Shown here piece by piece: positions 49,045-63,865 of a stretch of 64,000 nt of DNA. The stretch's first letter is position 1. Every line of letters begins with the position of its first letter. The translations under genes were made by a program, and so were the position numbers. This DNA is from Phoronis australis (Eukaryota > Animalia > Phoronida), in the NCBI GenBank assembly GCA_002633005.1, contig NMRA01000588.1, positions 1 to 64,000 of the forward strand, in the 5' to 3' direction. The notes beneath the pieces were generated by a model. That model was given only the letters and a program-made list of their open reading frames with translations. It made no database searches and was not told the origin of the DNA.

Positions 49045-52000
49045 CAAACTAGTAGGTCAATGATTCCATCATGCTCTCGTCCGCCAGGTGTGTCACAGGT
49101 GAACTTCATGATGTGTACTCAGCAAAAATACTTGTAGTTCAATTAGATGGAAATGCTTGCTTTTCATGAATTTCCACATATCAATTATATTTTGACACGT
49201 CAAATACCGTCGGCTGTCACGTTTTATTCCACAAGATGCTATCGATCTGCCTTATATAACAAAAACTAATGACTAAATATCTTTACCATTATACAGTTGG
49301 TCTCAAATTGTTCCTTTCGAAAGAAATGGCAGTTCATTATTGCTGAGGCGAGACTCAACAGTTCGCGGAGCATTGTCTCAAGGTATTTCGAAATGCGACT
49401 TCTTTGCAAGCCTCGAAACCACGTGGTCGTTGACTAATAAATAAAAAATAACGCGTGTTTACAGCCTTCACAAAAACAAAATTCGTTGTTTTGATAAAGT
49501 TTGATAAAGTAAATCAGCTAGAACTGAGATGAAATCATGAGCAAAGTACTACATGTAATTAAACTGGCGTTTTTATATCGATATCCCGGAGCGGCTTGTG
49601 CACTGATACTATCTTACACAGTTTTATCGCACGGATGATCTTAACTCATGCAAAAGTATAATAATTACAAAATAACGCCCATTTACAGTTATTGGACAAT
49701 TGTCTCAGTTGAGTACTTAGACAACTGGGTGACAGATCGGATGAATAGACATGAATAGAAGGCAGGCGGTGGTATTGTCTCACTTGTCTCTGCACCCGTT
49801 TGCCAAGTATTACAACAAAGCATTTGGAAGAGGACACTAACGAGTTGCTACGCAATTAAAAATCAAGGCATACCTGCAACAGTTTCGAGTCGCTAATCAG
49901 TAACAAAAAGAAACAAAATCCTGGTCGTTGAGACACTAGATGGATAAAAAGGTGTAGATGTATCGCAGATTTCAGCTGTCCAAGAGTGAGGTGATGAGTT
50001 TTTGACACACAGTCTGAAGTGGAATAAAAGCTTTGTTTGCAAATTGACTGAGGCAAATAAGTCGTATTAAGTATGAAAATGACTTTATCATAAATCCTAA
50101 TAACAATCACCTAAAACGACTGTACTTGTCACGTGTGGGTAAAGGATAGCGGAGGAGACGAAGGGGGGAGGGACGTTGGAGGGGGGGGGGAGAGGGGGTC
50201 AAATGTAGTGGCAATGATAAATGTGGTGGGTGGTGACCAATAGAAGTGAATTGGTATTATCTATTGTATTAGAAGCGTACTCATTAGTATACGAGACCAT
50301 TGTGATGTTGTTGAGAAGCAGGGTGTTTAATTAACTTCAGCGCCGACAGAATCCACTGATTTAGGCCTAATAATAGACTCTATTCTAGAAAAAAAAACCT
50401 AGTTTAATTAGTTGGCAGGTGATCAAGGACATGGGTTAGGTAGACTAGTCACATGACAAAAGGGATGAATATTTAAGTCTTCAGCTGCCTAATGACATTC
50501 AACAAGGGGAAATACCAACCAGGAAACAGTATTTAATGCAATAGTTCGTTCTTTTGACTGAGTTTTTAGTCAGCGTTATTATACTTAAATCCCTCATGCA
50601 ACTCTTGTTTACGATGTCAAAATTGCAATTTCAAACCAGAATAAATCAAATTTCTGGAGGCAAATCAACCTGCAAAAAGCAATCAACGAACTCCATTTAG
50701 TCCACGGTAGTAAACGTGTGAAATTAAAAAACACTCCGTATCAAAAACTTTTAAGATTGTCACTTCAGACGCTTTCATCGGTGGCGCCAGACATTTTTAA
50801 ATAGATTTTCTGCGAATTCGCCTGAGCATGTTTACAAATTTGCTGCGACCATCATCAAACAATCAATTTTCCTAATTAAACTCAATCAGCCATGTCAGAC
50901 GCAATGATTACAGTATGTATAACGAACTACCATGGAACTTATATGAATCACGATGTGTATTTTGTGTTACTCTGACGTCACGGTCGTAGGGGCTGAAGTA
51001 GTTTCTTCAAACAAAATCAGATCGCGGTACTGATTGACGAATTACCTACTACGTCATAGATAAACCGGTTGAAGAGGGTGTAGGGCCTCATATGTTTAAT
51101 CTTACGGTAATTTATGATCTATTAGGCGTATAAAATAAGCGACACGTTTGCATAGACGCAGATGATCAGTAAAGACTGACGTTTCTGGCGTTTTCATTGA
51201 ATTGAAAAACTCGTGATACCGGCACCAGAGTTCATTAGTTTCCAACCAAAATGTTTTTGAAAGAACAGTGAACGGCTTGCCGGCGGCGTTTTTTTGGTCG
51301 CGACCGTAGGGAGGGTGCCAAATAGGTAAATTCGAAATCCGCATATGACTTTTGATATGCACACTGATATCATTACAACGGAAAACTATGATTGATATGT
51401 GCATGTCTTAGCTATTTTGCATGTCAATACAGAGCGGGCCGTCACGTGTTACACTAGTAGTAATGATATCGAACATTCGGCAAGAGGCGTCAGAGATAGT
51501 TTTAAAAAACATGCAGTGTTTCAACGTTTGCACGGTTTCAGATACGTCCGTGTTTTGGTGTATACTTGCACGGTGCACCCCTTGACAATCCAGGCCCGCT
51601 GATCTGCCGGGATGGAAACCTCGCAGTGCAAAATGACCAAACAACCAACCTTGGTGGTATTCAACTGCTAACGTCTACTGGCAACTGTGCTAATTGATTA
51701 ATCTATTTGCTTCAGAAGTTTGAGTTGCTTTATGTTGGCCGAGAAAGCGAATAATAATTGGAGCTCTATGCAACTGGACAATATTGTACATTCTTATAAA
51801 TAATTATCTGGTCTGAGGACTCAGCAAAATATCTAGCATAAAACTGCACGGAAGAAGACCCGATATATATTTCTGGAGGTGGGCGAACGAAGAATTTTGT
51901 TAAACTTGACATTAATCTACCATTCCGTGAGATCGGTGAGCTTAATTTTTAAGTACAAATGTTTTGGAAACTGGGGCACCCATGACAAAGCAACGCTAAT

Positions 52001-54834
52001 AAAGTTGTAACCAACTTTCTGTTGAATATCATAGACTCTGTTACACTTTCTAAAATTTGCGTGCCTAGCGCTGATCGTGAGACAAATATCGCAATTTTTT
52101 ACTTACCACCCTTAACACTTTTGGTATAATATATCGTTATGTCTGTCCATCATGCTAATTATAAATATGGACACTCTGCACCGGTGCACCACCCCCTGCC
52201 GGTGCACGTACGTCGCTCGTGCACACAATGGCTTGTTTACGTGTTGGAAGACGAACCCATAAAGGACGCAACAAGCGTTATACAATCAATTAGCACAGAG
52301 TACTGCGCTACCCGCACTTAAATCACTGACTCATTTGTTTTCGGCGAAACTTGCAGGCACGTCAAGGTTTGGATACGCTGCCAACTTGTGCTTTTAATTG
52401 AGGTTTCAACAGACAAGCACGCACATATGTGTACTTTAAAAGTATTAATTAACACTGGTCTGCTCTAATAATGGGGGGTTTACGCCATAGAAGAAGTTCG
52501 CTGGACGTGTAGTTCACAAGCATGACGCTTTCACGACTAGTTTCCCTACTAAAGGTTGCCTTTTCTGACTCAGTTCCGTACAAAAGTGTGCCTTTCCCAT
52601 TTAAGTCCCTAAATTTTTTTACTTTGAGGGGACAGCAACTCCACAAAAGATTCCTTTTCACTACACACATTTGGGAAGGATTTTTGAAAACATGTATTTT
52701 TAACACCAGGAAAAGATGTACTTCGTTTTGAAAACATCGCCTCTCTTGTTTCAGGCCTAATGTGGGGTAAAATTATCCAACAATATCTGCGAAAGAGTTA
52801 GGTTTGTGGAATTTTATAGAAATTCGCTCTGTGTACTGTAAGAATTTTTTATCGATAAATATTGCACTGCAATAACTACTGGATTGTCACGTGACTACCC
52901 AGGTCAACGAACGGTGTCCCGACAAGTATGAACTACATGTATTTCGCTCTCATTACAACCAGTAATGTCATTTCTTTGTCACCAAAGAACCTCTGCAAGG
53001 TGAGATGGCTACCATGCGATACTCTTGGATTTGCTCATCCAGGCAAATCTGACACACCTGCTTCACGTTGAACAAAGTTCGTCCCCACAATACCTCTGTC
53101 AGTAAGGATGCAGATATCATTGGTGACAGATAAATGCAGAGCAAAATTGCTAGAGTATTGGTGTCAGGGGAAAGATAGGAGCGGATTCTCGATGATATAA
53201 GATCACGTTGAGGAAAAAATCTGTTGACGTGTATTGAAATCAAGTTTTGCAGAGAGCTTGCATTTATTCCTTGGCTTGAGACTGTGAGATAGCGCTTTCT
53301 CTTGCACCCAGTCTATGCAAATTTTAGTCAAGATAACCCATTTCTTCAAGAATTTACGTCATTTTTGCTGTTGTAACGAAATTTCAAAACCTTTGTAGGC
53401 TATTTACTTAAATTTATCACCAACTATTGCATGTAAAAGATTAGGAATGTGTTTTTCATATATTTCTTTTGGAACTGTTTTGAAAGGTGCAGAGTAAATA
53501 AACGCTCACCTGATACAAACTGAGACCGCATAATATGTGGTGGGTTATTATGGACGAGCAGTAAACATGCATTCGCTTACCTTTTGATCAAAGTCTTGGC
53601 GATGAGGTGAAGACCGTTATGACAACATGCTTAATTAACCCCGTGATTAATCTTGTTAATTGAAGCACTTTATTTTTATTGTTACTGATGTCACTGGCCG
53701 AGGAATGAACCGAATGGATGTCGTGTTGTTTATCTTTAGTTTGAATGGCAGGTCTTCGACAGTTCAACTCTCACGACTCTGTGCCTGCAGCTTTCCTACC
53801 TATCGCTTGAGGTTGTTAACAGGCGTTGATTATAACTGAAATATGAAGTCCTTTATTTGAAAATTTTAAAGTGTAACAAATGTTATGGGGCACAACTACA
53901 CTTATAAAAATATTTTTCTTGTTCATATGTCTGGTGACAGCGTTTTAAATCCGCCAAACGCACTTGTGTAACAACATTGACGTTGTATAGGTAAAGATCA
54001 TTGCAGTTAATATGACCTTATGTTGTGTTTGCTCTTCGTACCACCAACAACTGCTGTTGATCTAAAGATAACAAGCGGCTGATCAGGTAATCACCTCTAC
54101 ATTGTGTAGTGCTCATAAACAACATGACAGGCGATATCACCGTTCTTGTCGCGGGTTCAGTTCACGGTACTTCAATGTCAAATCTGACACAAAACATGTT
54201 TATTATCTTTACTTGGGGACACTGATAAAATTGGTATTGACTACCGTTCACAAGTACATAACACGGGTGCCTTGTAAATGATTGTTTTCGCAGCCATGGC
54301 CATCAGCACCTTCATCACCGCTGAGTGGATGAACTTTCGCGTTAAAAGAACTCGGTGCATTTCATTTTAACTGAATAAAGCGGAAACTACGACCTTCTAG
54401 TACAGGTCGATATACAAGCTCATTGCATTAGCTCTTTGTAGGAATATCGGCAACAAACATTTACAGCCTGTTGTGATACTTCTTGTGTACTTTTCAATAC
54501 CCGTGAAAAATGCTATTTACTGATAATGACAGACATTTCCGTCTAGGCCAGCATTAAAACACCATACACTTTTGGGATAAATTAGTCATACTTAAGTATT
54601 TAAAAACCCAAAGGCAGATTTAGGGTAGAGGGGAGTGGCCACCCTCCGTCCAAGATCAAAAAGTTGTAAAAAGGTGCAACAGTACTGTTTTAGAGCCTCC
54701 TCGAACACTGAGGTCGGGCCACTTCGTTATATGCTGGATCAGCAAGAACAAAAAAGTACTCTACCCTGTCAGGTTCGTCCGGTACTGTTGCATGCTGTGC
54801 AGAAACAAAGGAACCAACAAACAAGCCTGCAGTT

Positions 54835-54898
54835 AGTGGTGGATCTAGGATGTTGCAAGGGAGGACGGGCACAGTGTACACCCCTAAATCCGCCTATG
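54835..54898. mobile_element. Minimal CAGTGGCGG-type MITE
   Basis: TAGTGGTGGATCTAGG...CCTAAATCCGCCTATG with flanks GCAGT/CCAGT. Confidence 0.5.
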
Positions 54899-55907
54899 CC
54901 AGTACAGGATATGGACCGTTCGTGACTTGGAGACAAGAAAGAACAGGGAGACGCTGTACGCTTCTGCTGTCGCACTTCAGACAGTAGCGTGCAGAAGGGG
55001 GGGGGGGGTGACGGCCCCNTGACGGCCCCAGGCATCCACTTCGGGGGCATCCAATCACTACGAATAAAGTTTTTGAAATTGTGGTTGATTTGTAGTTAAA
55101 TTGAATAAAGTTTCTATTTCATGTTTCAATACTTGTATTTTTAATTTTCTTAGTACTAGAGTCCATGTAGCGAGAGGGGCATCCAATAAAAATATCGTGC
55201 CTGGCATCACCAAACCTCTGCGCGCTACCGATCTCAACTGCGTACCTGATATTTCCATACCACACGCAGTAATTACACGCGCCACCTATGAACTCTATCA
55301 ACCGTGACCATACACGCATAAGGCAGAGCGATGCAAGTCATCACTACTCGTGCATGCCTTGTAAAGTTTAAGCGATCAGTTGCTAACAACATTTTTAAGT
55401 TTCAACAAACACAATTTTCCAAAATTTCGTCATCGTGTTGTCAGTCAGTTGGCGATTTTATATCGTTGTGGAATAAGCAACAAGTAATTAAGTTCATGTT
55501 ATTTTTGAAAGATAGTAAACATATTCATTTTAAAAAGCAAAATATACGATGGAAACCAATTTCCCAGCAAGAAATCGAAAACAAGAACACAATTAAATGA
55601 TGTATGTTCGTAAAATCTCACGGCAATTCAGGAACTTGTTTTCTGCTCTGAGTGAACTTTTGACTGACCTACACAGGTTTCGTGTCACCAGCTCAGTGTG
55701 AGAGAGTGGGCTGCTGTATACTACATTGTACATACATACAAAAGTACAGAAAATACTCGTTGCAGTGCTTATCTGGTGTACTTGTTCACCCTTGAAAAAC
55801 TCTATTCGACCAAACCAATGAGGTCGTGCCTATAGCAACGAAACGAGTGGTGGACTTGCAGTGAAATAATCGTCTCGGATAACTCTATTCCTGCATAGTA
55901 TGTTTCC

Positions 55908-56017
55908 GTAGGCCAGTGGGGCCAAGAAACTCCGACATAGTGTGTTTCAGTAGGCCAATTTGGTCTAGAAACTCCGGCATAGTGTGTTTCAGTAGGCCAG
56001 TGGGGACTAGAAACTCG
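55908..56017 (+). repeat. 42-bp tandem repeat x about 2.6
   Basis: TAGGCCAGTGGGGCCAAGAAACTCCGACATAGTGTGTTTCAG units. Confidence 0.8.
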
Positions 56018-56486
56018 CTATCGTGAAAAGAGGTGCCAGTCGGCGCTGCAGGTAACCTATGGCGGTCACGAGAAAGGAGTCAGTTTGACTGGTCTATGGG
56101 AAAAAAGGAGTCGGGAAGTTCCGATATTTTCAAAGTCCCGATCCAGGGGAGGCTCTATTTTTGACGGGAAGATATGTCGGGAAAATAAAAAATACGCTTT
56201 TAGAATAAAAAAACACCAACCCTTGTAGTAATTAGCAGGACAGGGTACTCACTTTAAGGACTGAGCTATGAAAAAAGTGCCCCTTCCTAGAGGTTTGTTC
56301 TCGACCCGTAACTCTTACTTAAACAAAGGCGTTTGGGCTGCGGTCTTTAAACGGAATAATTATAAATAGAACATGAACCCCTTTGATAATTTTGTTGTGA
56401 AATGTTACTATGTAGAATTGATTCCCGTTCAATTAAAGAAACCCTTTCTTATATAATTATATTGGAAAGGTACTTGTGGCGACATC

Positions 56487-56664
56487 CGAGTATTTTCGTA
56501 GTCTAGTAAAACTTCCCATTGGAGGTGAACGTTATCTGCGCTTCTGCAGATTTAAGTCATATGGGAAGCCATGTGTCTGTGATTGGCCGTGCGGCAGAAG
56601 TTCGCACATGCACAGACAACGTTCACCTCTGAGTGTCAATTTTACTAGGTTACGAAAATACCCG
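56487..56664. repeat. Long imperfect palindrome (foldback/MITE-like)
   Basis: The arm CGAGTATTTTCGTAGTCTAGTAAAA..GAGGTGAACGTTATCTGCGC pairs with GCACAGACAACGTTCACCTC..TTTTACTAGGTTACGAAAATACCCG. Confidence 0.7.
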
Positions 56665-59512
56665 AGGTTTTCCGAAAGCCATGTCATAGAGGGTCCCCTA
56701 TCCGGATATAAAGAAGAAAAAACACCATTATCATTCAATTTTTGGGTGACATCCTTTTCCCGTCAGTGTAGGGGATCTTTCCGCAGAAAATGAAACCCTC
56801 TTATTTGAGCCGCAGTCGTGGGAGTATCCCCCGGAGTCTCGGTGCATCACTTTGCCACACGCACAGTGCTGCAGATGTTAGTTGCAAGCGCCTTTGCCAC
56901 CTGGAAATTACCTCCGTGATGTACCTTTTCACACATAAAGGATTGGTTGCACTGACTACAAAGAAAGGTTATCGAACTCGACTACAAGGGAGGAATCTTT
57001 GGATTGTTTAGTCCGCATAGCTCACGGTAATAATGTCATGTTTACATACTTTCACCCTTTAGGGTGATGGATGAACGTGATGTAGTCAAAATGGAACCAC
57101 TCAGGCATTTGGTGCAAAATAAGGGGAATACCAGAATTGTGCCAAATATCGACTGTTGAGTAAATAAAGCAAGTACCGTTTTTTGTGCACTTATTCAAAT
57201 CTAAAGCAGTTTTGTATCTGTGTTTTGCAAACTTGCCGATTCTATGAAAAACCCACACGTTGAGGGCAGTGTTGACAGGCTTGCTAACATCAAGATAAGC
57301 TTCCGTCAACAAGTGTGAAGGAAATGAGTGCTAACAACTCAATCCTTATGAGGATATGAAAACAACAAGCGCAACATCATGTCATCAGTGTTCATTGTAG
57401 TTTTGTCAATCTGTAAGTACACCGATATGCTCCTGGCGACGTTGTGACAAGCTAATTACGTACAGTACGCACTATTGTTACCATGGCTACAAGTACACAT
57501 TCCGTTCAATTTTTAAAGCGGATATACACCAGTCTTTCACAAAAAGTAATTTTTGATTTGGAACAGTAACCCGCGTTAAGAAAATTGTCTCCGACTATTC
57601 CTTCAACACAGGCTGATATGATGCCTGCGTTTTGAAAATACCAACAGTTGGTTATGGTTGAGATCAGACTCTACAAGTTGTCTTGTCGTGGCGTTTTGTT
57701 TATATCGCCGAGCATGGTCTGGAGGAAAGACCAAATATTTCTTCTCATCTCAAGTGACTGATATCAATCTTAGTAGTAAGTAGGTTGTGGAGGTGAGGCA
57801 AATACCTGAGCAAATAATTTTTATAAAAGGATATGGTGACTGCATTTGTTTTTTTTTATTAGTATCAGCACAGATTCTCCATGTTTCTGCACAGATTCTC
57901 CATGTTTCTGCTCTTAAAAGGGACACCAGCGGCTTTACGGCTTTGTTAGATGGGGGTAAGCTCCTTGAAGTTATTAGGAGTTGGAGCTGTAAAACTATAA
58001 AATCCGCCGTGTATTTCAATTTTACAACAAATCTTTAATCCTCGTCGTAGCCTGTAAGACATACTCTGGAATCATTCAAAGCCCATGACTTCACCAGTTA
58101 AATACGCCTAAAATACTTTGCTGGGATTTTTATAGTGGACTTCAGTTCCGCCAACAGAGCGTTACATTGCGACCCTGGCATGCACGGAGATTACATGTTC
58201 GATTACGCGTCTGGTCTCTGAAAATCACTTTTTTCTCGCCGATAATGTACCTTTAAATTATTTCCTCCACTACCCATGAGATGAGTTCTTGCACTCTGTA
58301 TTTGATAAAACAACATGTATGCAACGTTACCAGGCCATTGGCATTTTGTGAATGTTGCTGCATAATTATCTTACTGTGAATGTTGGGTTGAACAAAAACA
58401 TTCCAAATGTCAATAAAACACACAGCCAAGTGATTTTCGTTCACTAGAGTATGCGCGGCCTGTGAATAAATCCGGTCAACGACTGCTCAATTATTTGAAT
58501 GTGCTTATTCGTAATCCTGTTTGGGTGTCAATAATGCGATTAACGAGAAGGCCCTGTCCCAACAACAGCGTTCTCAAAACGTACGACTGCGAGCTCGCCA
58601 CACGAAGCAGTCAAGTGTGGTCGAAATGCCTCGAATGAGACGACGTGCAAGGAGTTCTTAAACAGACTGTACATTGCGAGAGGAAAACGACGTCAGAAAG
58701 AATGCCTGGTGTTGGCCTCTGACCTGTCTTGCGCTTACCGACTAAAAAATTGCCCGCCTTTATTAATATGAGCTTAGTATTTTTTGTTTTGAATATTTGC
58801 TCAAAAGCACGTAAGCAGAATAAGCGAGTTTTGAAACGTCTCGCCAAGTGATGAGATCGGAATGGAAAAAACGCTTGTCTCAGGAGGATATTTTTTCAAA
58901 AAGTGAGCAACTAAAAATACCGGACAATCGACTCAATTTTCAAAACAAACACACAGAACAGAACCAATTACACGTTTTTTGGCGTAATCATGACCGCACA
59001 ACGTCCCAATCAAAACCAGCAAAGGCGAAGCAAGTGAACCATCAGTTAGTATTTGTGAACATCGTCTCGTTTCTGCAATTGTTCATCCGCTGGTCTGTAT
59101 TATAGTATATTTATCCTATTCCGCATAACTATAATATTTAGACGCGGTAAACCTGTCGTACGGTAATTGGTTGACCAAGTACCGGCGTCAGTCCCCACCC
59201 ATCTTTGACCAGCAACTGAACCCATTCCTCGGATGCTATATGGGGAACAAGACTGTTATATAAAGCTATACTAGGTATACATTTTGGCGCGTGTTTACTC
59301 TAATAAAGAAATTATCGACTGTGGGTTAGGAAAACTAAAAATTAAATTTACATTTTTTGCCCCCCAGCTACTGAGCGTAAAACAATATGGGTGACTCACA
59401 TGACTTTTTGCAATCTGACAAAATGATTACTTTTTCATCCATAAACACAAATTAATTTTTAACAAAATGAGTGCACCCTGCCATGAAAATTGGGAAATTA
59501 ACCATGTTACCG

Positions 59513-59584
59513 ACCCACGTACCCATCTGAGATGAGTGATGGCCGGACTCCCACATACCCATCTCAGATAAGTGATGGCCGGAC
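59513..59584 (+). repeat. About 36-bp tandem duplication
   Basis: CCCAC.TACCCATCT.AGAT.AGTGATGGCCGGAC occurs twice. Confidence 0.75.
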
Positions 59585-60550
59585 AATGGGAAACAAACGA
59601 TACTTTAAGGATGGCCTGTTCAAGTGAATGTAACGGAGCTGTTGTGATTTGAAATCCGGTGAAGTCAATGTAAATCATTTTTATTCGCTCTCATTACAGG
59701 GGGTGTCATGATGAATTTTTCCGCACAAAGAACAAAGCATCAACATGCACTTCATTGCTACTTGAAAACAACTGTTTTAGCAGGATACTTCTGTATTGAC
59801 AATTGGCTTCGCCCTATGTTGGTTTTAGCCTTTACGAAGACGCAACAACGTTTTAGACTAACAAGCGTTAGAACTTACCAAATGAAATCAAGTCTACAAA
59901 AGCTCAGGTTTGACATGAAACTGTTGCCTTCACTGTTCAAACGTATAGTGACTTTTAATTAGAAAGCCAATACGATCGCCAAACTGACTGTATTTTCGGC
60001 TTCCACGAAGCCGACTGCGCACTGGAAGCTGTGGGAACGAGGTTGGTACGTGTACATGTATATACTGATAGAGTCCACATCAACATGTGAAATTTATATC
60101 GAGTGAAGTATTTGTGCATTTGAGAGATGCCAGAAATACAACTGAGACAGTCTAATGAAATTTATCACACGAGAACAGAATTGATCAAAAGATTTCAACG
60201 CACATGACAGATATTGAATATGAACTAGCTTTCACCCGACTCTGCAGATGTGTGCTTATTTTAGAACATCAGACAAGAGTGAAACAATTAATTATTTATT
60301 TACAATTGCACAGAGGCGATTGATGTTTATAGGCAATTCTGTTTTGTATGATAGGAATTCTTTGAATAGTTATAAAAACAACGAAAACTGAGTGTCCCAG
60401 TTTATTAATTTTGTACTGCGTGTTCATCGTAGCTTGCGTTCATTAGATATCTGTAGTATTTGTGGTTATTTTCATAAAAACCATTTAATAACTTTTCTTC
60501 CTTAAGAATTAGTTATTAAAACAACTTATTCTTAAGGAAGAAATATATGA

Positions 60551-60621
60551 TACAATGGCCGGAAATCAAACCCGGGCCTCCAGCGTGACGGGCGAGAATT
60601 CTACCACTGAACCACCACCAT
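60551..60621 (-). pseudogene. tRNA-Gly(GCC)-derived pseudogene
   Basis: Minus strand ATGGTGGTGGTTCAGTGGTAGAATTCTCGCCCGTCACGCTGGAGGCCCGGGTTTGATTTCCGGCCATTGTA aligns to eukaryotic tRNA-Gly(GCC). The acceptor stem is broken, the B-box is mutated (GTTTGA) and the anticodon position reads GTC. Confidence 0.8.
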
Positions 60622-61702
60622 CTGAGTGCCAACCAAAAATTCACTTTGTCATTAAACATCCACATTCTTCCAGACAATTCCATTGGCGGATCATAGGGGG
60701 AGCCCAATATTAATTTTCGAAGGAAAATGTCTTCGTAGTTTGCCAGAAGAACAAATTGATCGCTTCCATAGTCTGGAGAAGATCTGTGCTGGTGATGGCC
60801 CTGAAAAAAGTGGGGGGCTAAAGCCTCTTAAGCTCCCCTGTGGTGCACCGCCTATAGACGATGTGCGGCGTAGCACTGAAAAAGATGGGGGGCTATAGCT
60901 CCCCTCAGTCAATATGTCTGATCGGACATCACTTTCAAGTAAATCGACACGACCACTGACATTTCGGGTAGTACTCGTCATTAACATATTGACATGTAAA
61001 TTGTGAAAAGCAAGAATGAAAGAATCAGAGGTCATAAAATACACGGAAAGGTGCCTAAAGCGAAGAGGACGACCCGGGCTCCTAGCTGTTAAAATAAATG
61101 TCCTCCATGCCTGTGTTTATATCACCTGACTGACATGTTATCTCTACTCCGATGTACACACCATTGGAACTCATATCAATTGGCCCGTGAACATGTTAAT
61201 CACCACACCTACTTTGAAATTTATCTGTTTTAACAAATAGGCTTGAAGTGTTTTTCAGGTGTTATTTTTTGTTTTCTTGTTATTTCCAAGGGTCAGCCGG
61301 CGTGTGCCGCCGCCCCATCCTTCGCTGCGTCTATAGTATCACGTGCCAGTGGTTGTTTCTCACATGCGCGTGCCTAATTAAACATACAACACCAACTGCC
61401 AATGGGCTTTTACTCGCCAGTATCTTGCCTTGACGCGGCCGCCAAATTCATATCACTTTTAACAGCGGGCAATTCGAAATGTCCAAGGGTAAAATCGTTG
61501 GACTCAATAGCCTTCGTGAAATTATTAGCTAACTGAACAGAGCTAGAACAACAAAATCGTCAATTCTCGCCGTTGTCTTTCAGACCGCATTCGCTGAAAT
61601 CAAAGCCAGTGATTTTCAAGTAAAATACGCTGATGCACTGTTTGTCAAATGGGATTAAGTTCCGCCCAGAAGAACACCTGACTGCCACCGCGGGGATAGC
61701 AG

Positions 61703-61950
61703 GTGCCCGTTCCAACAAAATTGACTTAGCTAAGACAAATCTTAAATTTTAGTAAATTTTTATATAAAACTTAAATTTGTCTCGAGACTGTTTTTAGAAA
61801 GAGATCTTAAGTTTGAATTAAGTTTTTGATAAAACTTTCATCTTCATTTTAACTATTTGACCGGATGTGGAAGTTTCAAAGAATGGAAGAGAAGACAAAT
61901 CTTAGACTTAAGTCAAAAATGAACTTAAGTCAGCTTCTTGGAACGGGCCC
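61703..61950. mobile_element. PIF/Harbinger-like MITE (248 bp), copy 2
   Basis: Same TIRs and length as 39079-39326, with 3-bp TSD CAG. Confidence 0.8.
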
Positions 61951-62005
61951 CAGGTTTTCTTTGGTCATGGTTGATCTCTAGAAAATAACTCTTCTCGCAG
62001 ATAAT

Positions 62006-62088
62006 CATGGGCGGTGCACCATAAGGGGCTGGGGGGAGGAGGGGGGGGGGGTGCCATAGAGCCCCATTTGAGTGCTCGGCCGCCCATG
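62006..62088. mobile_element. Mini MITE with CATGGGCGG TIRs and 5-bp TSD
   Basis: ATAAT|CATGGGCGG...CCGCCCATG|ATAAT. Confidence 0.7.
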
Positions 62089-63529
62089 ATAATCTCTCTT
62101 TAAGGTTATAAACATGATTCATGACGAATGAATACATTTACCATTCTAAAATATAAATGAAAAGCCCTATGTATATGCACGAATTTATCTCGAAGTCCCT
62201 TGATAAATTTAAAAGTGGTTTAAGTTTTTGTGATAAGTCTAATTTCAATCAAAAGAGGACTTCATAGAAATACGCTAAGCATAATGGTGTTTAGTGATTT
62301 ATACATTCAAAGTAATCCCATTTCGCGGTGTATATCTTCATTTTTTATGTAATTTCTTCTTCACATACGATGCCACTGACGAACCTCGTAAGATTGCGAC
62401 GATGTGAAATAAAAAGTGTCCTTTAATTTGCAAAAAGTGCCAGACAGTAACCGACATGAATAATCGATGCGTGTCCTGTAGTGTAGGCTCAGTGGTAGTG
62501 TGACGAATGTAACATTCGTTCACTTGCAAGTTCTTTCACTTTTACACTTGCAATCTGTCTATTGGCACAACTGTAAACATGTTGGGTAGCATTTTCTTAA
62601 AGTAAAAGGACACGAACAGTTTTAAGGCCGAAAAAACGTTTTAGAGGTTATTTTTAGAGGGATTGAATTTTTATAAGCTTTCACTATCAGAGCAACGAAA
62701 CAGTAAAATCAGTTGTTTTTTGCGACTTCAATGAAAATCCCCGATTCCCTCAAACGCTTCCCGACAGTCAAAGTCAAGTGATACATGTATCTCATCACCT
62801 GTTTCGTTGCTAGCCGCCGTGAAAATGGCCAACGCCGAGAGCAGATGTATCCTGATCAAAACCAGTGTAAAGGAAGCCAAGGACTAATCTTCTAAATGTT
62901 AAAGAGGCAAGGAGCCGGCGAAGTATTGGAGGAGTACTTTCGAATATGTATTAATTGGGAACGAAATCGAGCGGTAGACTTCCACGCGAGATAAGTTGAA
63001 CATTTGCAGTCGACATGCCGAGATTACTCGTGGATGCATTGAATTTGCGTTCGACTCCTGAGTTCCAGATATTATAGCTTTGGATGGACATTCTTTCTTA
63101 CTTTTCGCTGGTTTTAATTGTAAGTGTGAACTTGTTTTTAACACGTTATAGTGTTTGAAGTCTTAACCGATTGAATCGCTTGCTCAGTTTTAATTAAACA
63201 CGTTCGTGTGATATCGGCGAGTTGGCCTTACAAACTCGCTTTTGCGAAATGGCCAAATTCACTTTGAAAACCCAACGATATGATAATTATAACTGCTATT
63301 ATATATTGGAGGGAGTTTCTATTACCAGAGTAGTGTTATGCTGAACATCATGCTTGGTTTCAATAAATGTATGCCTGCAAAGTGATCTTGCGAGTTACGA
63401 CGGTAAAAAGGACACATTATTATTTGTCGAAGTTTATTGGCCTCGCTAACTATTGCAAAAAAAAACACCCCCGCTCAGGCAGGAAATCGAGGTTTTCTTG
63501 ATGGAAAAGCTCCGAAAAAATGTCGAAGT

Positions 63530-63865
63530 GTTGCCAGATATAAAGTCATTTATAAATATAGAAAATAAGGTTGGCAACAGAGGTCCACCACTCCACCCTA
63601 CTGGACCCATCACACCAAGCCCTATAGTTTCCACCTGTCTGTTGACCGCGCAAATCCTTGACAGTAGAGCAAAATTTTCCAACAATTCCCACCTGAATCA
63701 ACTTATATAACAACAGTTTTCTACTTAAACTATCAAATGCGTTTTGCATATCACAAAGGTTGCATATACTGTTATTTAAGATATTTTGAATAACTGAAGT
63801 TAAAGTGGAAACAGAGCAGGGCCAATCACTTCGGAACCCATTTTGTTCCTCAACTAATTGACCTA
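63530..63865 (-). mobile_element. Degenerate LINE RT fragment (L2/CR1-like group)
   Basis: LVEEQNGFRS...DMQNAFDSLSRKLLLYKL...GIVGKF and, in another frame, GGPLLPTLFSIFINDF. These are frameshifted RT motifs. Confidence 0.7.

Noticed and set aside
49100-63400. Many 60-120-aa ORFs and scattered AP-1/CRE motifs
   Set aside because: I found no recognisable domains, paralogy or supported splice structure, and isolated motifs are expected by chance.
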